This document shows, one piece after another, positions 36,626 to 49,717 of a DNA stretch of 64,000 bases. Both the position numbers and the translations under genes were made by a program. This DNA comes from Callorhinchus milii (taxonomy: Eukaryota): NCBI RefSeq assembly GCF_018977255.1, contig NW_024704742.1, forward strand, positions 135,224,001 to 135,288,000, given 5' to 3'. The notes under the pieces were generated by a model. That model made no database searches. It was given only the letters and a program-made list of their open reading frames with translations, and was not told the origin of the DNA. Each line of letters starts with the position of its first letter. The first letter of the stretch is position 1.

Positions 36626-39600
36626 AACCACTTTTCCTGCCTCCGCGGATGTTTTAAAGGCTCCTCTTCCTCCTGTTCGCCTTTGGTCCCGCTGCATCCA
36701 GTTTCTAAGGCACTACCTGTGTTTTAATTTGTATTTTTTTCACCGTTCATCTTCCAGCAATGTTTAAAAAAAATCAATACAAATTTATTTGCTTCCAAGG
36801 GCAAAGCATTGCAAAATAATCCAAAATTGATGCTTACTGGATTCTGACCAGCTTAGGTACAAGCCCTTCTGTGTTGCAATGGGGCTATAATTGGTGGGAG
36901 GAGTTGTGATCGAGGGTGTATTCACTGCTTGTTACATTAACTGAGTATTTGTTCTTCATTCCACTTCCTTTCTCTTCTCTCTCCTTTACCCACCCACACA
37001 ATTCTCATTAAAAGGTCAGAAAGCATTACCCTCCTGTCATCTTTCTCTCCCCAATGCCATCTGTCGCAAGCCATGCAACCCACAGCTTTCCTTCAGTGTG
37101 TGTCCCTTGCCTGTGTTTTACATCGCTTGCTTAGCTAAATTGTGGATTGGCTGAACTTTATTCTTAACAACCGTGGAATTAAAACACCAGAAAATCTGCG
37201 TGCGCTGTGCAATTATTTCTGTAACATCTCCTTATTGATGTGTTTCTCGTCTGGGTTAATGCAGGTTAGCAAGGCTTTACACTTTAAGCACCTGACAATG
37301 TAAGCCACAATGCAAAATCTTCCTTTGGAGCTGAGCTGGCTTAGGTGATGTGGTTGGCATAGGAATGTCAGAATTGAGTTAATCCTCTGTGGTGGTCTCG
37401 GTGGTCTGAATGAGGCAGGTCTACAGTACTCCATCCAGGCCACCGCTGATGACAGACTGGCAGGCTGGCTCATCGCAGGACATTGAGGGCTCTTCTTCCC
37501 ACTTGTCTCCTGTTAACTCTTCAAGCCAAAGCCCTAAAGGGTAGGATGCTCCCAGCTAGACAACAGGAAGCTTGCCAGACATTGCTACCAATGATGAGAT
37601 CTGTTTTTTGTTGGTTAAATTCCAGCAGTTACCCGACCGCCTACTTTGGGATCCCTGAAGCCTTGGCTATGGGCAAGTGGTGCACAATGAGTATCCAAGC
37701 TGTATGGTTTTACTCCATACTTGCCCACAAAGTACATCGTCAATCCGTCTTACACTATATCCTGTGAAGTGTTTCAGATGTGATGACATGATAAAGCACT
37801 ATATTGAATGCAAGGAGCCTGGCAACGACTGGTGTGATGGAGGTACTGGGATTAATCAGTCCTCGGGGTCATAAATGCATTAATGAGAGGGGGAGAGAGT
37901 TACCAACTGATCCAAAGATCTACTGGAGCAACAGAAAATTCTTTTGTTCTTTAATCAGTATACATTTCAAGAAATACTCTGCACTTTCAGTCATCTTTAT
38001 CCCCCGGGGAACTCGCCCCCAGTTTGGGTGTGAAGCCAGCACTTTGGGACATCCTGATGTGAAAGTAATCTTAAATTTGTATCATGTTCATTTGCAAGTC
38101 AGTTTTCCACATTCCTAAAAGCAACAAAATTAAGACAGAATTTAAGCCTTACAGGTTGAGATGATGTGAAAATAATCAGTGCGCAGGGTCGTAAATAAAT
38201 TAGTGAGGACAATTTTATCCATTAGTTCTGTGTTAACTTATATTAAAAATATTTGCAAATGTTATGCCTACAAAATATACACTCCACTTTACAGGATATC
38301 ATGCCCATTGAGACATCCTCCCGTCGTGAAAATATGAAAAGGGAAAGGTGGCCAACAATCTTCAGAATAAAATTGGTCAATTTTGACTCAATAGCTGTTT
38401 GCACAAATTAGTTGCAAATGCACGATCACTACAGTCACAGTGAAATCCCGTGACGTGTTTTGAGACATCTCGACGACACGTTAAGGTGATATATCAAGCG
38501 TAGGGAGTATTATTTACTATATGATCTGCTGTAAGATTAATTGGTCACACTTGCCTCTGGGTTAGCGTGCTGTGCGTTCAAGCCTCATATGTGAACTTAA
38601 GCTCGTCGACCAGCGTAGGGCTGCAAGAGCACTCTACACTGTACTCTTTCCATATGTTGTGAGTGACAAATTGCTGGAGAAGGGGAGAGAGGGAGGGAGG
38701 GTATGGGAGGGAACATTATTTAACCAGTGCGCTACAGCCCTGTTAGACTACAGTTAGCGCCTTCGACCAGCAGATGTCAGTGATAGAGTATAAAAGGGAC
38801 AAATGTGGTACGTGTCAGAATCTGTCACATTACGCTTGGCTGTATGGTTTTAGGTGACTCTTATACAAACTAAGGTTGGCAGGCGCTGTGGAAAGTGTCC
38901 AGCGATGGACAAGGTCACTTTTTTTATAAGAAAAACCATAAGATACGTGTTTCTTATTGAATGGGGACAGGGCGGGGTGATGGTTATAGGGAGGGGAGAT
39001 GGGGTGGGACAATGAGATTGGGGCAGGGCAATGGCCATAGAATACGGTCTCTTCATTTAATCTAATTTTTTTTGTTCAGTTTATTTTTTTGGTCAGCCAC
39101 ACGCGGAAACCCATCGCCGTGTTTAGGAGTTCCACATTTGTGGAGTCTTCCAAAAAGAATAGTAATAATAATGATAATAATTTGGTCACTCAATGCAGGA
39201 CTGTTTGTGGGACGCTGCTGTGCGCAATTGGCTGCTGCGTTTTGCCCACACAATGTACAGTCAATTCACCTTACAGTATATTGTGTGAAGAGCTTTGCGA
39301 TGTCTCAACGTGTGATAAGGCGCTACATCAAACGCAAGGGTTATTATTGTTATAGAAACTCACAGGACAGAAGAAGGCCATTCGACCCCAACGTGTCTTG
39401 TGCCAGCTTTTTTAAGAGCAATCCTTTCAGTCCCATTTATCTGACCTCTTCCCGTATCGCTTTGCGACGTCCCAACAATGTGATATATCAAAGGCAAGAA
39501 TTATTACTATTATTATTGTTGTTGTTGGAGGGGTTCTCAAATTTAGAAATAAAGCCAATCCAAAGCAGTCCTTTCCCAGGCAGCTAAATGTCAGAAAACA

Positions 39601-41744
39601 GACACCAGAGATGACACCAGGGTCCTGATTGGCGAAAGCTCTTGTTTTATTGGAAATTGCCACTGCCATCTGCTCACCTGTGCAGTTGTGCTTATTATGG
39701 CAATCCATTCATACACTGTGTCTCATCTCAGCCAGCTAGTCAATTTTTGTGTGTTGTGTGTAATGGGCTGGCGTTCTTCTGCCTCTCCTGCGGAACAGCA
39801 GATGGTGAGAGATGGATTGCTGAGCCGCTTGCGTGATCCCTTGCTAGGTTTGGGTTTGCGCTTACCAGGAGCGGGCAAGACTCCGAGCTCCCAGAACCCA
39901 CGAACGTAAGAGCATAAGAATTTGCTAGAAGAGAGAAGATACCAAGGTCCATCCGGTTCACCTTCCACCATCCTGCCAGTCGCTTGCACACCACCCGCCC
40001 AAACTATGTAATTAAACAATATAATAATAATTTGGTCCACAGCTGCTTGTGGGGCTCTGTTGTGCACAATTGGCTGCCGTGTTTTGCCCATAACATATAC
40101 AGTCAGTTCACTTTACAGTATATTCTGTCAAGCGCTTTGAGACGTCTCGAAGATGTGATAAGGCTCTATATCAAATGCAAGGATTATTATTATTATCTCC
40201 CCACTCCCCGCGGTTCGAGCCCCGTCTCAAAACCCTCTTCTTCAACCGTGCCTTCGTTCACCCTTTTAACCCCACCCTCAATGCCCTCCACCCCTCCTGA
40301 TCCCAACCACCAGCTCGAGTGCGGATCCCTGACTATGCAGCATCTTGGGATGTCCTCCTGACATGAAAGGCGCTTTATAATGTACTACGTTGCTGTTGTA
40401 TACTGTATCCCCAAGGTATTATTTCCTAAAATAAATATATCTAATTCAAATTAGAAAGTATTGACACTTTCTGCTTCCACAATCTCCCTTGGGAGCCTGT
40501 TCCATATATTTACTACTTGGAATCCCGAAGCTCAATGGTTAGAGCACTCGCCTCGCAAGCGAGAGACCTGGGTTCGATTCCCGGCAGGGCAAAACCTTGG
40601 GCAAGTTTTCTTACTCCACATGCCTAATAATAATCCCTCAAGAAAAATAACAATAATAAATTGGTCACTTCAATCCACGACCATGGAAGTGTTGTGCACA
40701 AATGTCTGCTGAGTTTCACCTTGTGAAGTCCTTCCGATGTGAAAGGCGTGGTACAAGTGTAATTTGTATTTTATGCACAATTGGTTGCTGTGTTTTCCCC
40801 ACATAATAGAATCAATTCACTTTACAGTATATTCTATGAAGTGCTTTTGAGATGTCTCAACGACGCAACAGCCAATTGCGTAATGAGGTGACCCACAAAC
40901 AATGGTGGATGGCACCACATTTTTTTTTAGAGGGATTATTACACCTGGAATGCGATACACCAATCGACTAACAACTGGGTTCTTACTTACTGCTGGGTAA
41001 ACAGAGGCATGTGGAGTAAGGAAACTTGCCTAAGGTTTCACCCCGTCCGGGAAACAAACCCTGGACTCTTTCTTGCGAGGTGAATACTCTCAACATTACT
41101 TTACAGGACTCCAAATAATCCTTGCATTTGATATATAGTGACTTAACATGTCTTTGACATATCTGATGGGCTGAATGGGTTCGTGGTCCAAAAACTCAAG
41201 GGACATTATTGCTATTTATGGGATGGTCATTTTAAACACATCGAGTTCTTTCAACAGCCGGGAGATAACATTTCCACTGGACCCAATTTGTGTTGATTCT
41301 CAGCGACAACATATGTTTCACTCTCACCGCTTTGTTTTCTTTGTTAGTGTCATTTTTTAATTGAATTGGGAGAAAGGTTGTAATAGCAGCTGCAATGGGT
41401 GATAAAATGGCAACACAGTGACACTGGTCAGGCCAACGTTTGCCCGACATTTCTCTCACAGATACAGGTAGAACGTCTGTCAGCCTGGCTTAGTCGGCAG
41501 CTCTCTCGCCTCTCTGAGTCAAGTCAGGTTGTGGGTTCAATTCTCACGTCGGGATTTGGAACTCGCACTCCAAAGCAGAGCTGGGGTGTGTTGTATATGT
41601 ATGTGTGCGTGTGTGCGCGCGCTCCAGGACGCTGACCTGCGTGAAGGGCGGTAAATAAATGCAACTTGTTGTGGTCGCATAATAATAATAATAATAATCC
41701 TTGACTTTGATAAAGCACCTTATCGCAATGTCAGAATATACTGT

Positions 41745-42340
41745 AAAGCGAACTGCAGTTCAGTGGTTAGAGCAAGCGAGAGGCCTGGGTTCAATTCCCG
41801 ATAGGGCAAAACCTTGGGCAAGTTTGCTTACTCCACACCCCTGATTATAATCCCTCAAGAAAAAAGCCAATAATAAAAATTGGTCACTTCAAAAATCCAC
41901 AACTGTTTGTGGGAAACTCCTGTGCCGCGTTTCGCCCACAAATATACAGTCAATTCACTTTAAAGGTATATTCGCTGAAGCGCTTTGAGACGTCTAGAAG
42001 ATGTAAAAAAGCGCTATGTCAAATGCAAGCATTATTATTATTTTTATTATATATTTAGTGAGCAAAAAACAGCAGCCAGTTGCGCACAGCAGTGTCTCAT
42101 AAACAGTCGTGGATTCAGTGACCAAATTATTCATATTATTTATTTCTTCAAGGGATGTTACCCCCAGAAAGCAATCCGCCATTCGACTAATAACTGGGAT
42201 GTTACCCCCAGAAAGCAATCCGCCATTCGACTAATAACTGCAAGGTAAACAGAGGCGTGTGGAGTAAGGAAACTTGCCCAAGCTTTTGTCCTGCACGGCA
42301 ATCGAACGTGGGTCCTCTCGCTTGTGAGGCAAGTGCTCTA
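41745..42340. mobile_element. Two SINEs tail-to-tail (plus 41745-42040; minus 42050-42340)
   Basis: Family body in both orientations. Confidence 0.8.
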
Positions 42341-42819
42341 TTGTCGGAGGTGCTGTCCTTTGAATGACACATTAAATCTGCCTGTTCAGAAGAAAGGAGT
42401 TTCTCTCTCTCTGTCTATCTCTCTCTCTCCCGGTGTGCTCGTTAAAAATTCCCCAGATATAGTTAGTCACTAGCTCGGTGGCAATGTGTGGGCTATTGCT
42501 TTGTGCAAATTTACTGCTGCTCTCGCTTGCAAAATACAGTCACTGCTTTTTATCCTGGGAAGTACTTTCAGACATCCTTCTGATATGAAAGGCAATGTAT
42601 CAAATGCAATGATTATTATTATTATTATTATTTGCATAAGATATCGATTAATCCTCAGCTAGAATGATGTGCGCAGTTTTGGGCACCACATTACAGGGAA
42701 GATATTAATAATAATCTTTGCATTTGATATAGAGCTTTATCACACTTCACGGAATACATTGTAAAATGAATTGACTGTGTATTTTGTGGGCAAAACGCAG
42801 CAGTCTCAACCTGCCATAT

Positions 42820-43150
42820 TGACCTGTCCGCTCCCTCCGCTCAGCAGGCTGTGGCTTGCTTCACGTCTCCCGCCCGGCCCAGCAGTTGGGCCTTCAGATT
42901 CTCTGCCACACCCTTTAGAGCTCTATCCCACAGTCCCTTCACCTCGCTCCCTCCAGTGCCTCCTTCAAGGCCCGTCTCAAGACCCTCCTCTCCATCCACA
43001 CCTTTGATTACTCTCCCACCCCTACCCTCCCTGCCCTCCACCCCTCCTGATCTCAACCACCAGCTCGGATCCAAAACCCTGACTGTTCAACCTTGGGACG
43101 TCCTCCCGACGTGAAAGACAGTACAAATGTAATTTGTTGTTGTCGTTGTT
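42820..43150 (+). mobile_element. L2 3' fragment
   Basis: Tail ccttgggacgtcctcccgacgtgaaagac...ttgttgttgtc. Confidence 0.8.
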
Positions 43151-44424
43151 TCAATATCGTGCTAAGACGCAATATCAAATGCAAGGATTGTTTTATTATT
43201 AAATATGTTGCCAGAGCCTTAGGATGTTCTCTCGACATGAAAGACTCTATACAAATGTAATTTTGTATTGTATTATTACCGTATAATTTACAAATTCTGC
43301 TTCAACAACAGTTTGTAACAAAGATTTGCACATCCCAACCCTTTGTGTAATGAAATTTGCTCTAACCTCCCCTTCAATTAATTTCCTCATTATCCTAGAT
43401 TTGCTCCCACTCCCTCATTACCAACACGCAGACCAGTGGAAATAATCTATTGCTATTTTACCTTATTATAACACTCGTAGGCTTAAAGACCTCTATTAGA
43501 TCCACAAAACCATTGACATCATAGAAGGAGGCCAATTGGTATACATCATAAATATTATATATATAGTAAATATATAAATATCAGTGCTGGGTCTCTAAAA
43601 CAACAATCTGTTTAATTCTATTCTCCTCACTCCCCCCAACCCCCCACACACCACACACCTTTTTAGAGCGCTCACCTCGCAAGCGATAGGACCTGGGTTC
43701 GATTCCCTGGCGAGGCAAATCCTTAGGTATGTGTGCTTACTCCACACGCCTCTGTTTGTGGAACAGGCTCCCTAGGGAGACAGTTGAAACAAGAACTATT
43801 GATTCCTTCAAACACAGCTTAGTTTTCTTTTAAGAAATAGCATTATGGGATATAGTACATAGATAGTTCAGGACATATGTGCATGGGACCGCCTGGAAGG
43901 TGGAAGGCGAACTAAATGGACTCAGTCTTTTTTCGTCTAGTGTTTCTTATGTTTACCTAGCTGTAAATAGGAACCCGGATGATAGTTGATTGATGGATTG
44001 CTTTCTGCGAGGTAATATTACCTCCAAAACAAACAAACAAAAATTTGGTCACTCAATCCACGACTGTTTGTGGGCTTTGCTGTATACAATTGGCTCCCGC
44101 ATTTCACCCACGAACTATACAGTCACTTCACTTTACAATATATCCTGCGAAGCCCTTTGAGACGGATCAATGCCATGATAAGGCGCTATACCAAATACAA
44201 GGATTGTTATTGTTACGTTTCTACATTTCAGATATTTATCATATTTAATATGCATTAAAAAATTCTGCCTCAATCAAAGCTGAAAATTTCGATATCACCC
44301 AAAAATCATGGCATTATGGAATGTCCAGAATTTGGCAAATTCCTAAATATACAGCCTTAATTTAGAAGTCGGGATTCTGTAAGTTTCCTTTTAAGAAACA
44401 GTCAATAGGTGAATGATTGACTTT

Positions 44425-44678
44425 ACCTGGGGGCTTGTCGGGCAGGACACTGGGAGAGACAAACTCCGTTCTCTTTTTAGGGTCATGGGGTCTTTAACAG
44501 GGCACAGATGGGATTTCAGTTTCACAATATCTCATCCAAAGGATAGCACTTCCGATGATATGCAGCGCTCCCCCAGCACAGCCTAGGCTGTGAGTTCAAA
44601 GGCGCGACTTGGGGGCTTAAACCCTCTATCCTCTGACTCTGAGGTGAGAATGCTACCGATTGAGCCAGGCTGACATCT
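44425..44678 (-). mobile_element. Older Deu-domain SINE, 5' part
   Basis: Reverse complement of tgtcagcctggctcaatcggtagcattctcacctcagagtcaga head plus Deu core. Confidence 0.7.
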
Positions 44679-44926
44679 CCAATATTGCTTTAATGAGCTA
44701 ATTCCTTTGACTTGAGTTTTTTCAAGCCATTTCTGCCATTAGAAAAGACAGCTTTTTTTCTATTGACTCGCACATACCCAAGTGACAGATGTGATTAATG
44801 GGATAATGTTGTAGATTACTGTGGTCCAAGGCAGTGAACTGCCACTGTGTAACCTCTGGGACTATTATTTCTCAGATACAATACAAGCAGCTGCAGATCA
44901 CGTTCTACACTGAGCACACCTCACCA

Positions 44927-46150
44927 CAACACATTACATTTCTCTAGCGCCTTTCACATCAGGAGGACGTCCCCAGGTGCAGGACAGTCAACCCGAGTTG
45001 GCGGTTGGAATCAGGGGGATAGAGGACAAGGGAGTTGGGGATTGGGAGGATGGCTGAAGGCACGGTCAAAGAGGAAGGTCTTGAGACGGGTCTTGAAGGT
45101 GGCAAAAGAGGGGAACGAGGTGAAGGGGCTCTGAGATGATGTTCCAAAGGGTGAGGGGAGAAAGGCCGAAGGCCCAACCGGTGATGGTGGAGCAGGCAGG
45201 GCAGTATGGAAAAGGCCAGTGCCTTCCCAGTGGAGGAATCAGACAGGTTGGTTTTAGTAGGTCACAGAGACCATGGAAAGTTTTCAAAGTGAGGACCAGG
45301 ATCTTAATCTCAATCTGCTGGAGGATGGGGAGCCAGTGGAGGGTGGGGTTGATTGGGTCATGGAGCCTAGTGTGGGAGAGGACACAAGCTGCAGAGTTCT
45401 GGATGAAGAGTTGGGAAGTCCAATGAGCAGGGAGTTAGCATAGTCAAGCCTGGATGTGATGAAAGCATGGGTGAGAGTTTCGTTGGCCTAAGTGGAGAGG
45501 CAGTGGCAGAGCCGGACAATGTTGCAGAGGTGGGGAAGGCAGAGTGGGTCATGGCACGGATGTGGGGTTTAAAGGACAGTTGAGGGTTAACTGAACGCCA
45601 AGTTTCCATACTGTCTCAATAGGGTGCAGTTTGCAGTGTGCATCCAAGAATAATGATGCAGCCAGTGCCTGAAATGAAGAGGTGCTGATGGGTGCCAAGC
45701 AGTAGGGCCTCTTTCTTGCCGAGAAAGTTGGCTCTCATCCAAGACTTGATGTCTGACAAACAATCCATCAGCTCAGCAGAGGTCCTGGAGTCCAGGGTGG
45801 GAGGCAGAGAGATAGAGTTGGGTGACATTCGCAATGGAAGTTAACCCCATGCCTGCAAGATGATATCACCAAGGGGGAGCATGTAAACATTAAAGAGGAG
45901 AGGACCAAGGACAGAGTCCTGAGGAATGTTGCACGTGATGGTGCGAGAACTGGAGGAAAAGCTGTCAGTGGATATTAAGTGGAAATGATGGGAAAGGTAA
46001 GAGTGAAACCAGGCAAGGACAGAAGCGTGGTGGAGCTGAGAGGAGAGGTGGTGGAAAAGAAGAGTGAGTGACAACAAGGTCAAAGGGGCCAGAGAGACCG
46101 AGTGGACGAGGAGACAAAGGGAGCCCTGGTCACAGAATGGACAGAATGTC
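44927..46150 (-). mobile_element. L2 LINE, ~1.2 kb decayed ORF2 and 3' end
   Basis: PQDSVLGPLLFNVYMLPLGDII and CLSDIKSWMRANFL RT motifs in minus ORFs 45841..46152 and 45616..45834. Confidence 0.92.
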
Positions 46151-46164
46151 ATTCATAACATTTT

Positions 46165-46502
46165 AATAATAATAATAATCCTTGCATTTGATTTAGCGCT
46201 ATTCACAGAATATACTGTAAAGTGAATTGACTGTATATTTGTGGGCGAACGCGGCAGCCAATTGCGCACAGCAGTGTCCCACAAACAGTCCTGCATTGAG
46301 TGACCAAATTATTATCATTATTATTGATAATAATGAAGATTGAAAATGACCAATTCATTATTGTTTTTTGTTTTTTGGAGGGATTATTATTAGGTGTGTG
46401 GAATAAGGAAACTTGCCCAAGGTTTCGCCCTCTGCCTGGAATTGAACTCGGATCTCTCGCTTGCAAAGCAAGTGCTCTAACCACTGAGCTACAGGACTCC
46501 AC
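46165..46502 (-). mobile_element. tRNA-Ala SINE, short form, chimeric body
   Basis: Head at 46502; two successive ttggtca linker variants. Confidence 0.85.
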
Positions 46503-46577
46503 ATTGACTGAGTCTGTTTATGCACTGTGATCACCCCCTTCCCCTCCCCTCCCTTCTCCCCCTGAATGATACATTTA

Positions 46578-47200
46578 ACAACAACAACAAGATTATATTT
46601 GCATAGCGCCTTTCACGTCGGGAGGACGTCCCAAGTAGTTGGACAGTGTACAGCATTTCAGACCCGAGCTGGGGTCAGGGGGGAGAAAGGAGGGGAAGGG
46701 GATGACCAATGGCATTGTTGAAGAGAAGGATTTTGAGGTGGGACTTGAAGGAGGCTAAGGAGGGGGTGAGGCGGAGTGACGGATGGAATTCCAGAAGTTG
46801 GGGGCAGAGTGACTGAAGGCTCTCACGCCAATGGGTGGGCCGGGGGACGTGGAGGAGGCTGGAGCCTGCTGAGTGGAGGCAGCGGGCGGGTTGATAGGGG
46901 TTAGGAGGTCGCAGAGGTAGGGTGGGGCGAGGCCATGGAGGGCTTTGTAGTTGAGAACCAGGATTTTGAACTGGATCCTCTGAAGGATAGGGAGCCAATG
47001 GAGTCGGGCGCGAATGGGAGAGATGGGGTCACGGAGTTTGGTGCGGGAGAGGACACGGGCTGCAGAGTTCTGGATTATCTGCAGCCTGTGGAGGGAGGAG
47101 TTGGGAAGGCCAACAAGCGGGGCATATGCATAGTCGAGCCTGGAAGTGATGAAGGCATGAACAAGAGTTTCAGCGGCCTGAGGTCCACACTCCAATGCTG
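46578..47200 (-). mobile_element. L2 LINE 3' end
   Basis: ORF 46755..47243: LVHAFITSRLDY...LQIIQNSAARVL...LHWLPILQRIQFKIL...LAPPYLCDLL; (GTT)n tail. Confidence 0.93.
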
Positions 47201-47979
47201 CAAGATATGAACAGTGCTCCATAAATGCAAGTTGTCGTATCATATTACCTGAGCCATTGTGGAGTCCTGTAGCTCAGTGGTTAGAGCGCTCACCTTGGTT
47301 CGATTCCCAGACAGGGTGAAACGTTAGGCAAGTTTCCTTACTCCACATGCCTCTGATTAGCAGTACGTAGGAACCCAGTTGTTGGTCGATTGGCGGATCG
47401 CTTTTCCTAGGGATAATAACCCCTTAAAAACTTAAATCCAGGACTATGAGTTACGCCCAGCAGCATCTCACAAACAGCCGTGGTTTGAGTAACCAAATTT
47501 TTTTGTTCGTTTGTTTGTTGGAGTTTGGTGCGGGTGAGGACATCGGTCGTGACCCAGGAGGAGGAGGAGGAAGGGGGGAAGGAGTGGCGGAGGACGGGAA
47601 AGGGAGGAGAGAAAAAAAATTGTCAAAAAAAAATGTACTTTTTAAAAATAAAACGAAAACAAATGCTTTGTATTTAATCTTGGGTTGAGAGAACACACCC
47701 CACAGAGAAGCTCCTCTCAATGTGAAAACCTCATGCTGGCAAACAAATGTTGGGGCTATTTATTTCTCTTTGCTTCGTGTCGTCTCCCACAGAATTACCT
47801 CCCACAGCCTCCGCCGCGCTTAATAACAATAATCCGCACATTTGATAACAACGCCTTTCACGACTCGAGGACATTTCAATCAGCTTCGCAGGATTTTGCT
47901 GTGTGTTTTTGTGGACAAACTTGGTACCGCATGTGCTCACGGCATTTGTCCCTCAAACAGACGTGAAGTGAATAGTCAA

Positions 47980-48355
47980 AATAATAGTAATAGTACTTGC
48001 GTTTGATATACCGCCTTATCATGTCGTTGACATGTCTCAAAGCGCTTCACAGGGTATACTGTAAAGTAAATTGATTGTGTGTTTTGTGGGCGAAACGTGG
48101 CAGCCAATTGCGCACAGCAACGTCCCACAAACAGTCGTGGATTAAGTGACTAAATTGTTTTTTTTAAGGATTACTACCCCCCCCCACAGCGATCTGCCAA
48201 TTGACTAACAACCAGGTTCCTACTTACTGCTAGGTAAGCAGAGGCGTGTGGAGAAACGAAAGGAAACTTGCCTAAGGTTTTGCCCTCCCTGGGATTGGAC
48301 CCAGGTCCTCTCGCTTGCGATTCGAACGCTCAAATCATTATGTTATGGGACTCCA
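47980..48355 (-). mobile_element. tRNA/Deu SINE, long form
   Basis: Complete reverse-complement element. Confidence 0.85.
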
Positions 48356-48619
48356 TGGTGGAATCAAGCCCTCCTCTCCGGTGGTCTCTCTCGGTCATCT
48401 GGTTCCTGAGTCTGGTGGATCTGCAGTATTCCAGGGCACTGCTGATGACAGCACAGCCCACCCTGGCTTGTCAGCAGGACAGGAGGGGCAAGAATTCTTC
48501 TCACTCAGCTCCTTGTAAACCAAAGCCCTAATGGCTCCCTGTAATAATGAACAGGCATTAGGTCCTCAGTTTTATGTCTCATCCAGAGGACAGTATCTCC
48601 GACAATGCTCCTTCAGCAT

Positions 48620-49148
48620 TGGAGCCCTGTAGCTCAGTGGTGTGGAGTCCTGTAGCTCAGTGGTTAGAGCACTTGCCTTGCAAGCGAGAGACTTGGGTTC
48701 GATTCCCAGGAGGGTGAAATCTTGGGCAAGTTTCTTACTCCACACGCCTGATAATAATAATAATAAACAATAATAATGCTTGCATTTGATATAGCGCTTT
48801 TAACATCTTCTAGACGTCTCAAAGCGCTTCGCAGAATATGCTGTAAAGTGAATTGACCGTATATTTGTGGGCGAAATGCGACAGCCAATTGCGCACAGCA
48901 GTGTCCCACAAACAGTCGTGGATTGAAAATGACAAATTTATTATTGTTTTGTTTTGGAGGTATTATTATTAATAATTTAAAAAATTAATAATATGGTCAC
49001 TCAATCCACGACACTGCTGTGCGAGATTGGCTGCCGCGTTTCGCCCACAAATATACAGTCAATTCACTTCACAGTATATTCTGTGAAGTGCTTTGAGACG
49101 TCTAGAAGATGTGAAAAGCGCTATATCAAATGCAAGGATTATTATTAT
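48620..49148 (+). mobile_element. Composite SINE: duplicated head, inverted body, direct body
   Basis: Head 48643-48750; minus-strand body 48751-48970; plus-strand body 48994-49148. Confidence 0.85.
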
Positions 49149-49717
49149 ATTCAGCGCAGCATTGGGATGTCAGCCTAGACTATGAGCCAAAAGTCCCTTA
49201 ATTGAGGCTTGAACCCACAACCCTCTGATTCAGAGGCGAGATCGCTACCAACTGAGTCAGGCTGTCATACTTGATACTGATGTTTAAGTGCTCTGGGACG
49301 CTACCCTGTGTGTGAGGCATTATATAAATGCATGTTGTTCTTTAATTAGCAGAGATGACCAATGCTATGTACTCATGATAAGATCAATGGGCTGTAACAG
49401 TGTTCACACAAATGTTGAATTGTTGCAGAGATGAGGGAGAGCTGAGTGGGTCAGAGAACGGATATGAGGTTTGAAAGTTTGAAAGGAGTCCAACAATGCT
49501 ATCAGCGACTGAGGTGAGAAGGGGCTGACGGGAGCCAAGCAGAAGAGTCTTGGTCTTGTCCGCTTTCAACTGAAAAAAGTTACATCTGACGCAGGACTTG
49601 ATATCCGACAGGTAATCAGTCAGAACAGCAGTGGTCCTGGATTCAAGGGTAGAGGCTGAAAAATAGAGTTGGGTGACTGCGTGTGTGTGTACATGTGGAC
49701 ATGAACTCATTGTCTGC

